From the NCBI RefSeq assembly GCF_001194135.2, contig NC_068981.1, positions 22,664,737-22,728,736 on the forward strand: DNA of 64,000 nucleotides, written 5' to 3'. The notes under the pieces were generated by a model that saw only the letters and a list, made by a program, of their open reading frames with translations, was not told the DNA's origin and made no database searches. This stretch comes from Octopus bimaculoides (taxonomy: Eukaryota). A program made the translations under genes and the position numbers. Shown here in pieces: positions 23,870 to 35,828 of this stretch (position 1 is its first letter; each line of letters begins with the position of its first letter).

Positions 23870-24967
23870 GTAACCTAGAGACTTAATATTGACTGACAAA
23901 GCAAAATATATAAAGGGAATAATATAACCATGTTTATATTAGTTTTTGGTTGACTATTGAACTGTGCCTAACACGACTACACTGGTCTACTTTATCTCAG
24001 TGATTTGTGCTCGCAAGCTGTAAAACTTAATCCTATTGAGTGTTAAGCTTAATCAATCCACCAGGGAAATATTGGGAATCATCATTATTATTCTTAACCC
24101 AGATTCTTTCAAGTCAAGATAATTTTTTTTTTCTTCACTTTTTTGTAAATTGCATTTTTAGATTGTTTTTACTTTAAAAAAAAAACAAAAAAAATTCTTC
24201 AGTTTATTCTTGTTTTTAATTTTTGAGTTTTTTTTTTTAGCATTCATGTAAGATGTGGTATTGTTAGACCATCCACTACTTGCAGGAATGATTATGCATA
24301 AGGTTTGCTATATGATCTTTCCTGATGGTGATGATGGTGATAATTGATCATCATTTAATGCCCATTTTTCTCTGCATGCATAAGTGAGATGAAATTTGTT
24401 GAGGCAGATTTTCTTTGGCTGGATACCTTTCCTGTCACCAACCCTCACTTGTTTCCAAGTAAAGTAATATTTCCGCATGGCTAAACATGTTTTCCTTTGT
24501 ACACTGATAACGAACACCTCACTTGTATGATGATTTACAACCATCAGGTGATGCCTCAAGAAGAATACAAACACACACACATTAACCTCTAACCTCTAAC
24601 CTCCACCTATTTACTTCCCACTCACACTCCTGTGAAAACATCCACAGACTCTCTCACCCCCCCCCCATGATCTACTTTCTGTATCCTTTCATGTACTCAC
24701 CTTGCTCTTTGAGAGTTTGCTGGAGCAACCCATCATCACCTTCCTTTTATCTCTTTCAACCATGTATCTCCTCTGTAGCAAGACACCTGTGCTTGTCTCT
24801 CCGTCATACTTTCAGCATCTGACATACAGCCACCTACCTCCACCTTCCCCTCCCAAATACTTCCTCTTAGTATTGGAAGCTATCTCCCTTTCCTCTTCCT
24901 CTGTTCTTTTATGTCTTGCAAGTTTCATGGCAACCTCACTGGTGTTGGTGGCACATAAAAAGCACCC

Positions 24968-25523
24968 NNNNNNNNNNNNNNNNNNNNNNNNNNNNNNNNN
25001 NNNNNNNNNNNNNNNNNNNNNNNNNNNNNNNNNNNNNNNNNNNNNNNNNNNNNNNNNNNNNNNNNNNNNNNNNNNNNNNNNNNNNNNNNNNNNNNNNNNN
25101 NNNNNNNNNNNNNNNNNNNNNNNNNNNNNNNNNNNNNNNNNNNNNNNNNNNNNNNNNNNNNNNNNNNNNNNNNNNNNNNNNNNNNNNNNNNNNNNNNNNN
25201 NNNNNNNNNNNNNNNNNNNNNNNNNNNNNNNNNNNNNNNNNNNNNNNNNNNNNNNNNNNNNNNNNNNNNNNNNNNNNNNNNNNNNNNNNNNNNNNNNNNN
25301 NNNNNNNNNNNNNNNNNNNNNNNNNNNNNNNNNNNNNNNNNNNNNNNNNNNNNNNNNNNNNNNNNNNNNNNNNNNNNNNNNNNNNNNNNNNNNNNNNNNN
25401 NNNNNNNNNNNNNNNNNNNNNNNNNNNNNNNNNNNNNNNNNNNNNNNNNNNNNNNNNNNNNNNNNNNNNNNNNNNNNNNNNNNNNNNNNNNNNNNNNNNN
25501 NNNNNNNNNNNNNNNNNNNNNNN
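24968..25523. other. Assembly gap
   Basis: N run, preceded by a SINE B fragment and followed by (TA)n. Confidence 0.99.
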
Positions 25524-25569
<46 letters not shown>

Positions 25570-26562
25570 ATTAATACTAATTGTTTAAAGGATCACCATC
25601 ACTCAAATTAGTTTTGGATGACTTTAAAGAGTCACCTTAGTATTCAAATATGTTAAGTCTGTACCAGATCAGTTAATTTATTTAAGGACACTCTTTTAGA
25701 TTGCCTGGAATTACCAAATGCAGAACATGCATGCAGCAGCAGTATTGATTTTCTTTATAAACAAATTCATTCTTTGCTTTGACAACTTTGTCATCTGTGG
25801 TACAAATATTCAGTGTCAGTGTTGTATAAAAGGGATTCTTAGTTATGTCTTGTTGAAGATGTGGCAACTTCTCTAGTGCCGGTGCCAGGATAAACTGCAC
25901 CTAAGGTACTCTGTAAAGTAGTTGGTGAATAAGAAAGTTATCCAGCCTTAGAAACCATGCTAAACTTAACGGTTAGGAGAGACATGATCCTCTAGTAGAT
26001 CTGAATAAGATGCCTCATCTAAACCATGCCAGCATAGGAAGTGGATATAAAACAATAATAATGATGAATTACATTCAGTTATGTTGTGCAATAATACATG
26101 ACTACCATACCCTTCTCATATCATTTTTACTAAACAATTGCTTTCTACTATGAAGATTCTAGTCATAACCAATGCCGCATCACATTTCCATTGTTAGTCC
26201 ACATCTAGGATGTCATCATAATTTAGCATCTATTTTCCATACTGGTATGGATAGGACAGGAACTGGCAAAGCTGGGATCTGTACCAGGCTCCGTTGTCTT
26301 TTGCATGGTTTCTACAGTGAGATACCCTTCTTAATGCCAACCACTTTACAGAGTGTACTGGTTGCTTTTTGATCCAGTCATTGACTGGTACATAATTTTA
26401 TGAACCCCAGAATAATGAAAGTTAAAGTTGACTTTAAGGAGATTTGAACTCAGAACACAAAGAGCAGTAATTAATTATCACAGGCATTTTATCTGATGCT
26501 CCAATGATTCTACTAATCTATAACCTTATTCAAAGATAATAAAATATACCACCCATGTTATG

Positions 26563-26615
<53 letters not shown>

Positions 26616-27394
26616 TGCCTGTCTGTCTGTCTGTGAACATGCACACATCCACCTACATGGGCAATATATTTTACACACATCTTGAGTCTTATATGAGCAT
26701 ACACATCTGTATGCTTATGAAATGTAAGGATATATTCACATATTGTCATATCTTTTAGCTTTGATTATCGACTCTCCTGTCTCCACCTCCCAGACATTTG
26801 CTAGGTACACATAGATAATATTTACTGTTTTAGATTCATGTGATTATTGTAACAGAATTACTATGCTTATCTTTATTTTCCTTCAGCTTGTATTATTTTA
26901 TTTTTGGATATTATTAGCAGCTCAAAGGAAGTCACAGATTCTAGATGTCTGCTACAGTGTGTGTATGTCTGTGTGTGGAACTTAAATTCTGGGGTGAACA
27001 CAGATAACTGTCATCATTATCAAGTTTGTTATATATAGTATAGTGTTGATAAATAATCATTTTTTATTAATATGCAACGTATATTATTTTTTCATTTGCT
27101 TTTATGTTGTTTATCACCTATCAAAATATGTAGAAAAATAGTGATGTCACAATTAAGACAGCCTCATTTCCAAATATGACTCTCTTCATTGAAACAGGAT
27201 GTATAGAGATGAATTGCACCATTCATTGAATTGTTAGTGAAACCCATCTATCTGTAAAAGTAACAAATCAAGGGAGCCTCTTCATGGTCACTCAACCTAT
27301 TAAAATAGCAGTCAAATCTCCCTAAAATGAACAGACTATTTAAATAAAAAAAAAGATATTAAATAAAGTAGTCCTTACATTATTCCATGTCTAC

Positions 27395-27685
27395 CATCAT
27401 CATCATCATCATCGTTTAACGTCTGCTTTCCATGCTAGCATGGATTGGATGATTTGACTGAGGACTGGTGAACCGGATAGCTGCACCAGGCTCCAATCTA
27501 ATCTGGCAGAGTTTCTACAGCTGGATGCCCTTCCTAACGCCAACCATTCTGAGAGTGTAGTGGGTGCTTTTACATGCCACCGGCACAAGGGCTAGTCACA
27601 TGGTACTGGCAACGGCCACGCTCAAAATGGTATTTTTTACGTGCCACCTGCACAAGAGCCAGTCCAGCGGCACTGGCAATGACCA
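27395..27685 (-). mobile_element. SINE family B (young, long copy)
   Basis: Reverse complement counterpart of 22944-23234. Confidence 0.9.
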
Positions 27686-27789
27686 ATATTTACAAATGCC
27701 GTTTCTGCAGATGTGCCTATGAACCTTTTCCTCCTTATAGCTCTTCTATTGCTTATTTTGTCTTTTTGTGTTTCATTCTGTCGACAGTA

Positions 27790-28085
27790 GAAGTGTTTTG
27801 CCAAGCTGCTAAGTTACGGGATGTAAACACATCAACACCGGTTATCAAGCGATGAGGTGGGGGGACAAACACAGACACACACACACATGCACACACACAC
27901 ACACACAAGCACATATATATGATGGTCTTCTTTCAGTTTCCGTCTATCAAATCCACTCACAAGGCCTTGGTCGGCCTGAGGCTATAGTAGAAGACACTCA
28001 CCCAAGGTGCCATGCAGTGGGACTGAACCCAGAACCACGTGGTCGGGAAGCAAGCTTCTTACCACACAGCCATGCCTGCACCTAT
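27790..28085 (-). mobile_element. SINE family A
   Basis: gctaagttacggg..gtaaacac...accacacagccatgcc. Confidence 0.85.
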
Positions 28086-28492
28086 ATGCACACATATATG
28101 TGGACTGCACTTAGCAGGCTATGTTTTAGACTGTGTAAAGTTGTAAACCATAAACTCTAACATGTTTTTGTTTGTTACGCCCAGTACTCCAATTAATATT
28201 GGTACTGTTTTTACTTCATATATATTATCCTACTTATTTCCAATTAATGAAACATACTTTGATGGCTTCTCAACTTCCTTCAAGGCAATGTTTTGGTCAG
28301 AATTATTATTATCATTAGAATTACAAGGCAATGAGAATCATAAAAAAATTCCTCACAGTATTTTTTCTGACTAATAAAAAAAAAAGCACCAATTGAGTAT
28401 TAGGGTTAATGGTATTGAGTGCTTACCATCTTCCTGAAATTGCTGGCCTTGTGACAAAATTTGAAACCATTTCTATAACTATTATTATTATT

Positions 28493-28705
28493 ATGGCAGC
28501 GAGCTGGCAGGGTTTTTAGCATGCCAGACAAAATGCTTAGCAGTGTTTCATTCATTTTAACATTCTCAGTTCAAATTCAGCCGAGGTCGACTTTACCTTT
28601 CATCCTTTCAGGGTTGATAAATAGTACCTGTCAAGTACTTGGGTTGATGTAATTGATTAGCCCCTATTCCAAAATTGCTGGCCTTGATCCAAAATTTGAA
28701 ACCAT
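28493..28705 (+). mobile_element. SINE family C
   Basis: ggcagcgagctggcag...gaggtcgactttacctttcatcctttcagggttgataaa...tttgaaacc. Confidence 0.8.
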
Positions 28706-28711
28706 TATTAT

Positions 28712-28737
28712 TACTACTACTACTACTACTACTACTG

Positions 28738-28795
<58 letters not shown>
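28712..28795. repeat. (CTA)n microsatellite
   Basis: Trinucleotide run (poly-T / poly-V pseudo-ORFs). Confidence 0.97.
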
Positions 28796-28799
<4 letters not shown>

Positions 28800-29169
28800 T
28801 CTGATTTAGCGAAGGTGGAGGTATTGTTTTCAGTTGTGTTTGTTTGTTTGTTTGTCTGTGGACAAGATATCTCAAGAACCACTGGATGGATTCAGATGAA
28901 ATTTTCAGGGATGTTTGGCCTCATGACTGGCACAAAGTGATTAGATTTTGGGATCAATCTGGTACCGAACAAGGATTTTGGATTATTTTTCTGAATTTTA
29001 CACTCAATTTTTGAGAGTGGTTGGATTCATTTTTAGTATTCTCATTTTTGAGAACAGTCAAGTTTATTTCAGATATTCTCATTTTAAAAATCATATCAGG
29101 CTAATCGTTGAGAGGAATTTCCTAGTACTGGTGTTGCTTTGATGGAGGTTTGCACTCTGTGAGTGCTCG

Positions 29170-29173
<4 letters not shown>
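28796..29173 (+). mobile_element. Helentron-associated non-autonomous element (HINE/DINE-1-like)
   Basis: 5' ACCTC...GAGGT palindrome followed by (GTTT)n; 3' GGAGGT inverted sub-terminal repeat, then short hairpin GCACTC(29152-57)/GAGTGC(29161-66) and a T-rich end. Confidence 0.7.
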
Positions 29174-29202
<29 letters not shown>

Positions 29203-29625
29203 CATTATTATTATTGTAGACATCACACAGTATACAATATTGTGAGTTTGTCGATTGAAGATTTTGTGTCTACTGGGGGTTTGTACTGTTTGTCAAGTCA
29301 CAACAAGAACCTCAGACAGACAGTACTTTACACAATATGCGTGCAGTTCCAAGTAATGCCAACTTTTGCAATACACCTAAATTGTAGGCTATTTCTAAGG
29401 TTTTCAGATGTTTTTTCAGATTGGGTGGTACTGAACCCAATGCTCCAATGACAATAGGGATAACCTTTATATTCGACTCTCGTAGCTGCCACATCTTAGC
29501 GATCTCAATTCTCAGGTCTCCATATTTATCAACCTTTTCTCTTTTTTTCATGATGATATGTTCATCTCCTGGCACTACCACATCAATTATTTGGCACTCT
29601 TGTTTGTCCCTCCTAAAGGAGATTC
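29172..29625 (-). mobile_element. 5'-truncated R4/Dong-type non-LTR retrotransposon: RLE endonuclease C-terminus, 3' UTR and (TAA)n tail
   Basis: RDKQECQIIDVVVPGDEHIIMKKREKVDKYGDLRIEIAKMW...VIPIVIGALGSV...LQKLALLGTARILCKVL matches the restriction-like endonuclease end of R4/NeSL-group elements; (AAT)n follows on the coding strand at 29172-29217. Confidence 0.85.
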
Positions 29626-29629
29626 AGTA

Positions 29630-29800
29630 TAACACAGAATGTGACAAGGCTGGTACAACTCATTTTTGCCTGCTATGTAGACTGGAGTAATGTGGAATAA
29701 AGTGTCTTGCTCAAGAACACAATACATCACTGAGAATTGAACTCATGACTTTATTATCGTGCGTCGAATACCCTAACCACTAAGCCATGTGCCTTCACAC
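29630..29800 (-). mobile_element. SINE family D
   Basis: gtcttgctcaagaacacaa...gaattgaactc..cgaataccctaaccactaagccatgtgccttcac. Confidence 0.75.
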
Positions 29801-29849
29801 TAATAGAAATTACAACCAAATAACTCTCAAAAAATAGGAAATGATGAAT

Positions 29850-30100
29850 GGGGCCCAGTAGGTGGAAGATTATCAGGTTGTCTGCGGAGGTAGTGGATGT
29901 TGCCTTGAGGATATGTGAGCCTTAGAAGGAGTAGTGCTACAAGGGGTAGTGCTAATTGGACACAAGCAGGGCTTAATCAACCCCCAGGTGAGTCACCTGA
30001 ACGAGGGTGTCAGATGTTGAAAGGTCTGAACCACCTAATGACTCCAAGGAACATCACTGATGCTGTGCCCAGGTGCATCACAGGATGATGTTGGGAAAAA
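29850..30100 (+). mobile_element. GC-richer segment resembling a non-LTR retrotransposon 5' UTR, with HDV-like fold potential at 29959-30044
   Basis: Paired segments in HDV order (see findings); family assignment is inference only. Confidence 0.3.
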
Positions 30101-30419
30101 CTCTTAAATAAATTATATCAGAAAAAATCCTGAAAAATATGTATATGGTCATGGTTGGAATGTCTCTGACCAAAGATCTGTCTTTTAACCATAGAACTGA
30201 CCTGTGGCTAAACAACAATGTAAAACCATATACTACCATAAGCAAGGTTTGAACCTACAACAGTTAGATCTATAGCTTTGTATTGCTGACTAACAAGTCT
30301 AAGTCAACATGTTTTTATTAATCATTTATTTCCATCAGTCCAAATGCACTTTAGTGGAATGGTAAAAGCATATTTTTAGAGTATTTTCTCAATAGAAATA
30401 GAACTGTTGGTCAGCTGTA

Positions 30420-30890
30420 ATGTAACACTTGCTCTTCAAGACTCTCTTTCTTTCTCTCCTCTACTTTCTGCCTCTCTTTTCTCTTTTATTTTCTATTTAC
30501 TTCTTTCTCTTTGTCTTCTTCCATCCACCTTCACACACACACATTTCTTCCCCTCTTCCTCTCTCTGCTTGTTTTTCTTTTATTTTTTAAGTGTCTCTCC
30601 CTGTCTATTTCTGTTTGTCTTCTTTTAATTTCCCCTCTTTCTCTCTCCTTCTCTCATTTTCTGTTTGGCTTTCTCTCCTCTATATTCTTGTCAATCTGAT
30701 TATCCGACACTCTCTATCACTATCAACTCTTTCTCCATCACTCTCTGGCTGTCCATCTATCCACAGCATTCTCTCTCTATCTCTCTCTCTCTCTCTCTCC
30801 CTCTCTTCACTTTCTCATTCTGTTGTTTTTAACCTTCCCAACTCTCTCTTACACTCTCTCTCTCTCTCACACACACAAACACATTCAGCC
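30420..30890. repeat. CT-rich low-complexity tract
   Basis: Degenerate (CT)n/(CTT)n; explains the S/L/F-rich pseudo-ORFs. Confidence 0.85.
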
Positions 30891-31143
30891 ACATGCCAAA
30901 GTGCTTTTAAAATGTTTATTTAGTTTATTAAACCAGTCTCTAATTGCTATAGATGAAGTATATTCAATTACTAATTGGTAATAAAAGTTTCTCTTCAGAC
31001 TTCTTACACAGAGGATCCTGTTTATTGCTGGAAATTAACCAACATTTAAGGGTGGTGATAAATTAGAAAAACAACAATAATTTGTTTTGCAAGATTCTTG
31101 TTGTGAAATCGTGTGTTGAAACAGATATTGTTGTATTTTGGGA

Positions 31144-31545
31144 TACTCTTTTACTGTTTTACTTGTTTCAGTCATTTGACTGCAGCCGTGCTGGAGACCC
31201 GCCTTTAGTCAAGCAAATCGACCCCAGGACTTATTCTTTGTAAGCTTAGTACTTATTCTGTCGGTCTCTTTTGCTGAACCGCGAAGTTACGGGGACATAA
31301 ACACACCAGCATCAGTTGTCAAGCAATGCTAGGGGGACCAACACAGACACACAAACACACATACATATATACATATATACAACGGGCTTCTTCCAGTTTC
31401 CGTCTACCAAATCCACTCACAAGGCATTGGTCAGCCCGAGGCTATAGTAGAAGACACTTGCCCAAGGTGCCACGCAGTGGGACTGGACCTGGAACCATGT
31501 GGTTTGAAAGCAAGCTACTTACCACACAACCACTCCTGCGCCTAT
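31144..31545 (-). mobile_element. SINE family A (young, full length)
   Basis: Near-consensus copy. Confidence 0.92.
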
Positions 31546-32049
31546 GGTCATTTTTTTTTTCTTTTTGCCAAATAAACACACGCACAATATATTTTTTCTT
31601 CACTCATTTATTACTTTTCTTATTTTACTATTTTAACTCATGTCCATTGTTTGGAAATCTTTCGTCACACATCTGTGACCTCTTCAGCGACACTTTCCAT
31701 TTTTGTGTGATTTAAAATTTTTATACAAGGCCAGTAATTTTAGGAGAGGAGATTTTAGGGGCCAAGTCATTGCATCAACCCACTGCTCGGCTGCTACTTA
31801 TTTTATCGACCCAGGAAGTATGAAAGGCATTGATGACCTCAGCAGAACTTGAATCCAGAGTGTGAAGATGAATGAAATGATTAACAGCCCATCACACATA
31901 AATACGTACACACACACACTTGTGAGTGTGTGTGTGTGTGTGTGTGTTTATATAAGTGAGTGTGTGTATTTTTGTCTCCTTCTCATGACGTGTGTGTGTG
32001 TATTTATATAAGAGAGTGTGTGTATTTTTGTCCCCTTGTCGTGACATCT

Positions 32050-32218
32050 CATCATCATCATCATCATTGTTTAACGTCTGCTTTCCATGCTAGCATGGGT
32101 TGGACGATTTGACTGAGGACTGGTGAAACCAGATGGCTACACCAGGCTCCAATCTGATTTGGCAGAGTTTCTACAGCTGGATGCCCTTCCTAACGCCAAC
32201 CACTCCGAGAGTGTAGTA
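32050..32218 (-). mobile_element. SINE family B (young) nested in a variant-A2 element
   Basis: Interrupts ...ttgtcgtgacatc / tcatgatagtc..aaataagtgtcactgtcatacaag. Confidence 0.88.
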
Positions 32219-33189
32219 AATTTATGACTATCTCATGATAGTCATAAATAAGTGTCACTGTCATACAAGGAGTGTCATTCATTTTCACTCTTCTGTTAAA
32301 AAAAAGTCTGACTGTGGGGGAATATTATCTTGCTTGGAAAGAAGTGAGGATTGGTGACAGGAAGGGTATCCAGCCATAAGTAAGCTACCTCAATAATGTG
32401 GGTTAATAGAATGACAATGATGGTCTTGATGATGAATTCAAAGAAGGTGAGTTAGTAGCTATGGCTTTTGTAGGCTCTCTTAGACTGGTGATAACAATGC
32501 AGTTGATGTTTAGCTTGAACTTTTGTAGGGCAATACCTTCAGAAAAAATATAGAGAGGGATAGGTTAATAAAAAAGCCTTTATGTAGTTGCTCAGCCTGT
32601 TAGAAATAGCAACCAAGTCTCCGACATACCTTACCTCACCTGCCTATCAAAAGTGAAGGACTTGGTTGGTAATGCATTCAAGATATACTGCGTCTGAATT
32701 GAAGATGGGATGGTCATGACTGGAATACCTTTGGTCATTAGTTTGCTCAATTAAGTCTGAGCAGGACTAAAATAACAAGAATATATGAGTGAGGGAATGG
32801 CAGAGGACTGTAGTTCTTTGGAGGAATCATTGGGCAAAGTGTATAGTGTGAAATCTGGGGTAGGGGGAGACATAGAAAAGATGAATGAATGAGAAGTAGA
32901 TATTGAGTGTGTGTTGCAGTAACACACACTCAGAGGCATGCAAGGATTACTTTAGTGGAGAACACAGCTGGATGGTGGGCTGAAAACTGTAGTGCTGTTG
33001 ATAGAAAGCTTACCTAGCAGGTTCACTTTATCTCAAATTAATGAAAAACGATGAATATCCTACATTTTTACTACAAAAAAATACAAAATGACGGAAAATA
33101 TAATGTGTTTTATTTCTAATTTTAAGTTGAAGTAATATGATAAACATATTGTAGCTTTGTTGAAAGGTTATTCCCGTTTATTTCTATCG

Positions 33190-33310
33190 AGCTTAACTAA
33201 TTACTTTCGTGTGCGCGGAGGCGGTACTGGTGCCGTAACCAATGAGGTAAATCTAAGGCGTGGTTAAAGCTTGTTGAAAACTCTTCTTTGTATCGGAAGA
33301 GCTGTCACTA
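33190..33310. promoter_or_regulatory. Putative promoter/enhancer in unique CpG-containing sequence
   Basis: GC-box-like GGAGGCGG (33216-23), NF-Y-type AACCAATGAG (33237-46), ETS-like CGGAAG (33294-99); possible donor AG|gtaaat at 33247. Confidence 0.35.
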
Positions 33311-33739
33311 CATGATTGTGGCCTGTAAACCACCGCTAACTGCTGTTGGCTACAAACTGATGTGTTTAGCAGTATTAGTATCAATGAAAGAAAATACAAG
33401 ATATTTATCTGTCTGCCAGTATGGAAAACAGATGTTAAAAGATGATGATGAAGTGATATAAGACTGTGTGGTTAAGATGCTTGCTTTGCAACCATGTGGT
33501 TTTGGGATCAGTTCCACTGCAATCTTCTGCAGATGGCTCCTACTCTAGCCCCAGGCTGACAAATATATTGTGAGTGAATTTGGTAGACGGAAACTGTGTG
33601 GAAGCACATCGTGTGTGTGTTTCTTTGCTACCACGGCCACGACCACCACCAGTTAACAACTGGCGCTGGTTTGTTATGTCCCCATAACTTAACACTCCAT
33701 ATCTCTTTCCTAATTTAAGGTTCTATATTTATATTTTTT

Positions 33740-33970
33740 AAGGCGGAAAGCTGTCAGAATCGTTAGCACGCCGGGTGAAATGCTTAGTGGTATTTCGTCT
33801 GCTTCTGCGTTCTGAGTTCAAATTCTGCCAAGGTTGACTTTGCCCTTCATCCTTTCAGGGTCGATTAAATAAGTACCAGTTATGCACTGGGGTCAATGTA
33901 ATCGATTTAATCCCTTTGTCTGTCCTTGTTTGTCCCCTCTATGTTTAGCCCCCTGTGGGCAATAAAGAAA
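33740..33970 (+). mobile_element. SINE family C (young)
   Basis: ggcggaaagctgtcagaatcgttagcacgccgggtgaaatgcttag...catcctttcagggtcgattaaataagtaccag. Confidence 0.85.
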
Positions 33971-34034
33971 TATATATTTATATTCTTCACCAATATACCT
34001 ACATACACAAATATATATATATATATATATATAT

Positions 34035-34250
34035 CTTTTATCTTTTACTTGTTTCAGTCATTTGATTGCGGCCATGCTGGGGCAGGTTTTTTTTAACCAA
34101 ACTAATAAACCTCAGGACTTATTTTTTTAAAGCCCAGTACTTATTCTATTGATCTTTTTTGCTGAACTGCTAATTCATGAGGACATAAATACACCAACAC
34201 TGGTTGTCAAGTGGTGGTGGGGGACAAACACAGACACAAAGACATGTACA

Positions 34251-34292
<42 letters not shown>

Positions 34293-34450
34293 CTTCTTCA
34301 GTTTGCGTTTACCAAATTCAATCACAAAGCTTTGGTTGGCCCAAGGCTATAGTAGAAAGACACTTGTCCAAGGTGACATGCAGTGGGACTGAACCTGAAA
34401 CCATGTGGTTGGGAAGCAAACTTCTTACCACATAGCCACACCTGTGCCTG
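34035..34450 (-). mobile_element. SINE family A
   Basis: ttttacttgtttcagtcatttg...accacatagccacacctgtgcc. Confidence 0.85.
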
Positions 34451-34493
<43 letters not shown>

Positions 34494-35289
34494 TGTGAGA
34501 TTTTATATTCAATTATAATACAATCAATTTTACATTAATCTGATGGGTTACTCTATATTTTTGTAGAGTAGAAATTTATCATATTTATACAAGTATATTG
34601 TTGACTGTGACTTTGAAGTTTCAGCCAGTCTGGTGATGACTTAGCTGGACAAAAACTTTGAAGTTACTGTCAACAACATTCTTGCATAAGATTAATAAAA
34701 CACACACACACACACTGCTCTTCTGCATTGTTTTTGTGTATCGAATTTTCTTCTGTTCTACCTTTAATACCTAATGGATCTAAAAAGCTGATGACTAAAA
34801 CACTATGTGTTGTGATGTAATATTCTTGGTCATTCTTCTAATGGTGCCAGACTCTAACCAATTTTAATATAAGATGAAAGCTGACATATTCAGAGTATTG
34901 GAACTAACATTAGTTACAAGTTTTATACCAAAACGAATTTTGGAGAAGAAATAAGATTTTTCCAAACTGAATGTAAATTTAATGTTCAATTGAATTCATC
35001 CAAAAGACTGTTAGGATTCTAACAATAATAATTTCTTTCATACAATTATTTAAATAAAAGAGCAGCTATTTAGAGTGAGGAAAGGATCAATGAAAGAAGA
35101 AATAAAGAAAAAAAACACCTTTCTGATTATATCAGCAGGAGATTTGTTCCTTGGTAGGTTCTCGAAAGCTGTTTAGATCAAGGTGGGAATACCAGACTGA
35201 ATAGTAGCATCCCTTCCTCCAATAATATGCAAAGCACACAACATAAGCATTAGGAATTGCACTTGACAAATGTTCTGGAACCAGGTTAA

Positions 35290-35520
35290 TATCTGACATC
35301 TTCTGAACCAGGCATGAGCAACTGTTTTTTTGAGGAGCAGGCCACATGAAAGACATGGCTTGTCATCAGGCAGACTGCACTATTCAAGGTAATTTTTCAT
35401 TAGCATGCCATTCAGGAAGTCCCATGGGCAGCAGTTTGACCATGTCTGTTCTCAACAGATACCAAATCTCCTTCATCCGGTCTTCTCAAAACATGACAAG
35501 AGCAAGACGCAGTTTGCTGC
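35290..35520 (-). pseudogene. Possible highly decayed RTE-like LINE 3' fragment
   Basis: Frameshifted SKLRLA/HVLRRPDE resembles the RLRxAGHVxRR motif; weak. Confidence 0.25.
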
Positions 35521-35797
35521 TATAGTGGGAGAATGTACCATAACATTGAGTGTTCTGTTAGCTTATTGTACCTCAGTTATGGAGATGGAAGTTCAGTGTC
35601 ATTTTGTTTGTATTTTAAAAGCTAATATAATGAGATCAAATGAGACAAGGGTAGGCATGGCTGTGTACTAAGAAGTTTGCTTCCAATCCACATGGTTTGG
35701 GGTTTGATCCCACTACATGGCACCTTGTAATATGTAGACCCAGGCTGACCAAAACCTTGTGAGTAGATTTTATAGATGGAAATTGAAAGGAGCCTGT

Positions 35798-35828
<31 letters not shown>

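Noticed and set aside
24690-24960. Minus-strand purine-rich frame with CAAG|GTGAGT donor
   Set aside because: In-frame TGA, adjoins a SINE B fragment and a gap; probably repeat-derived.
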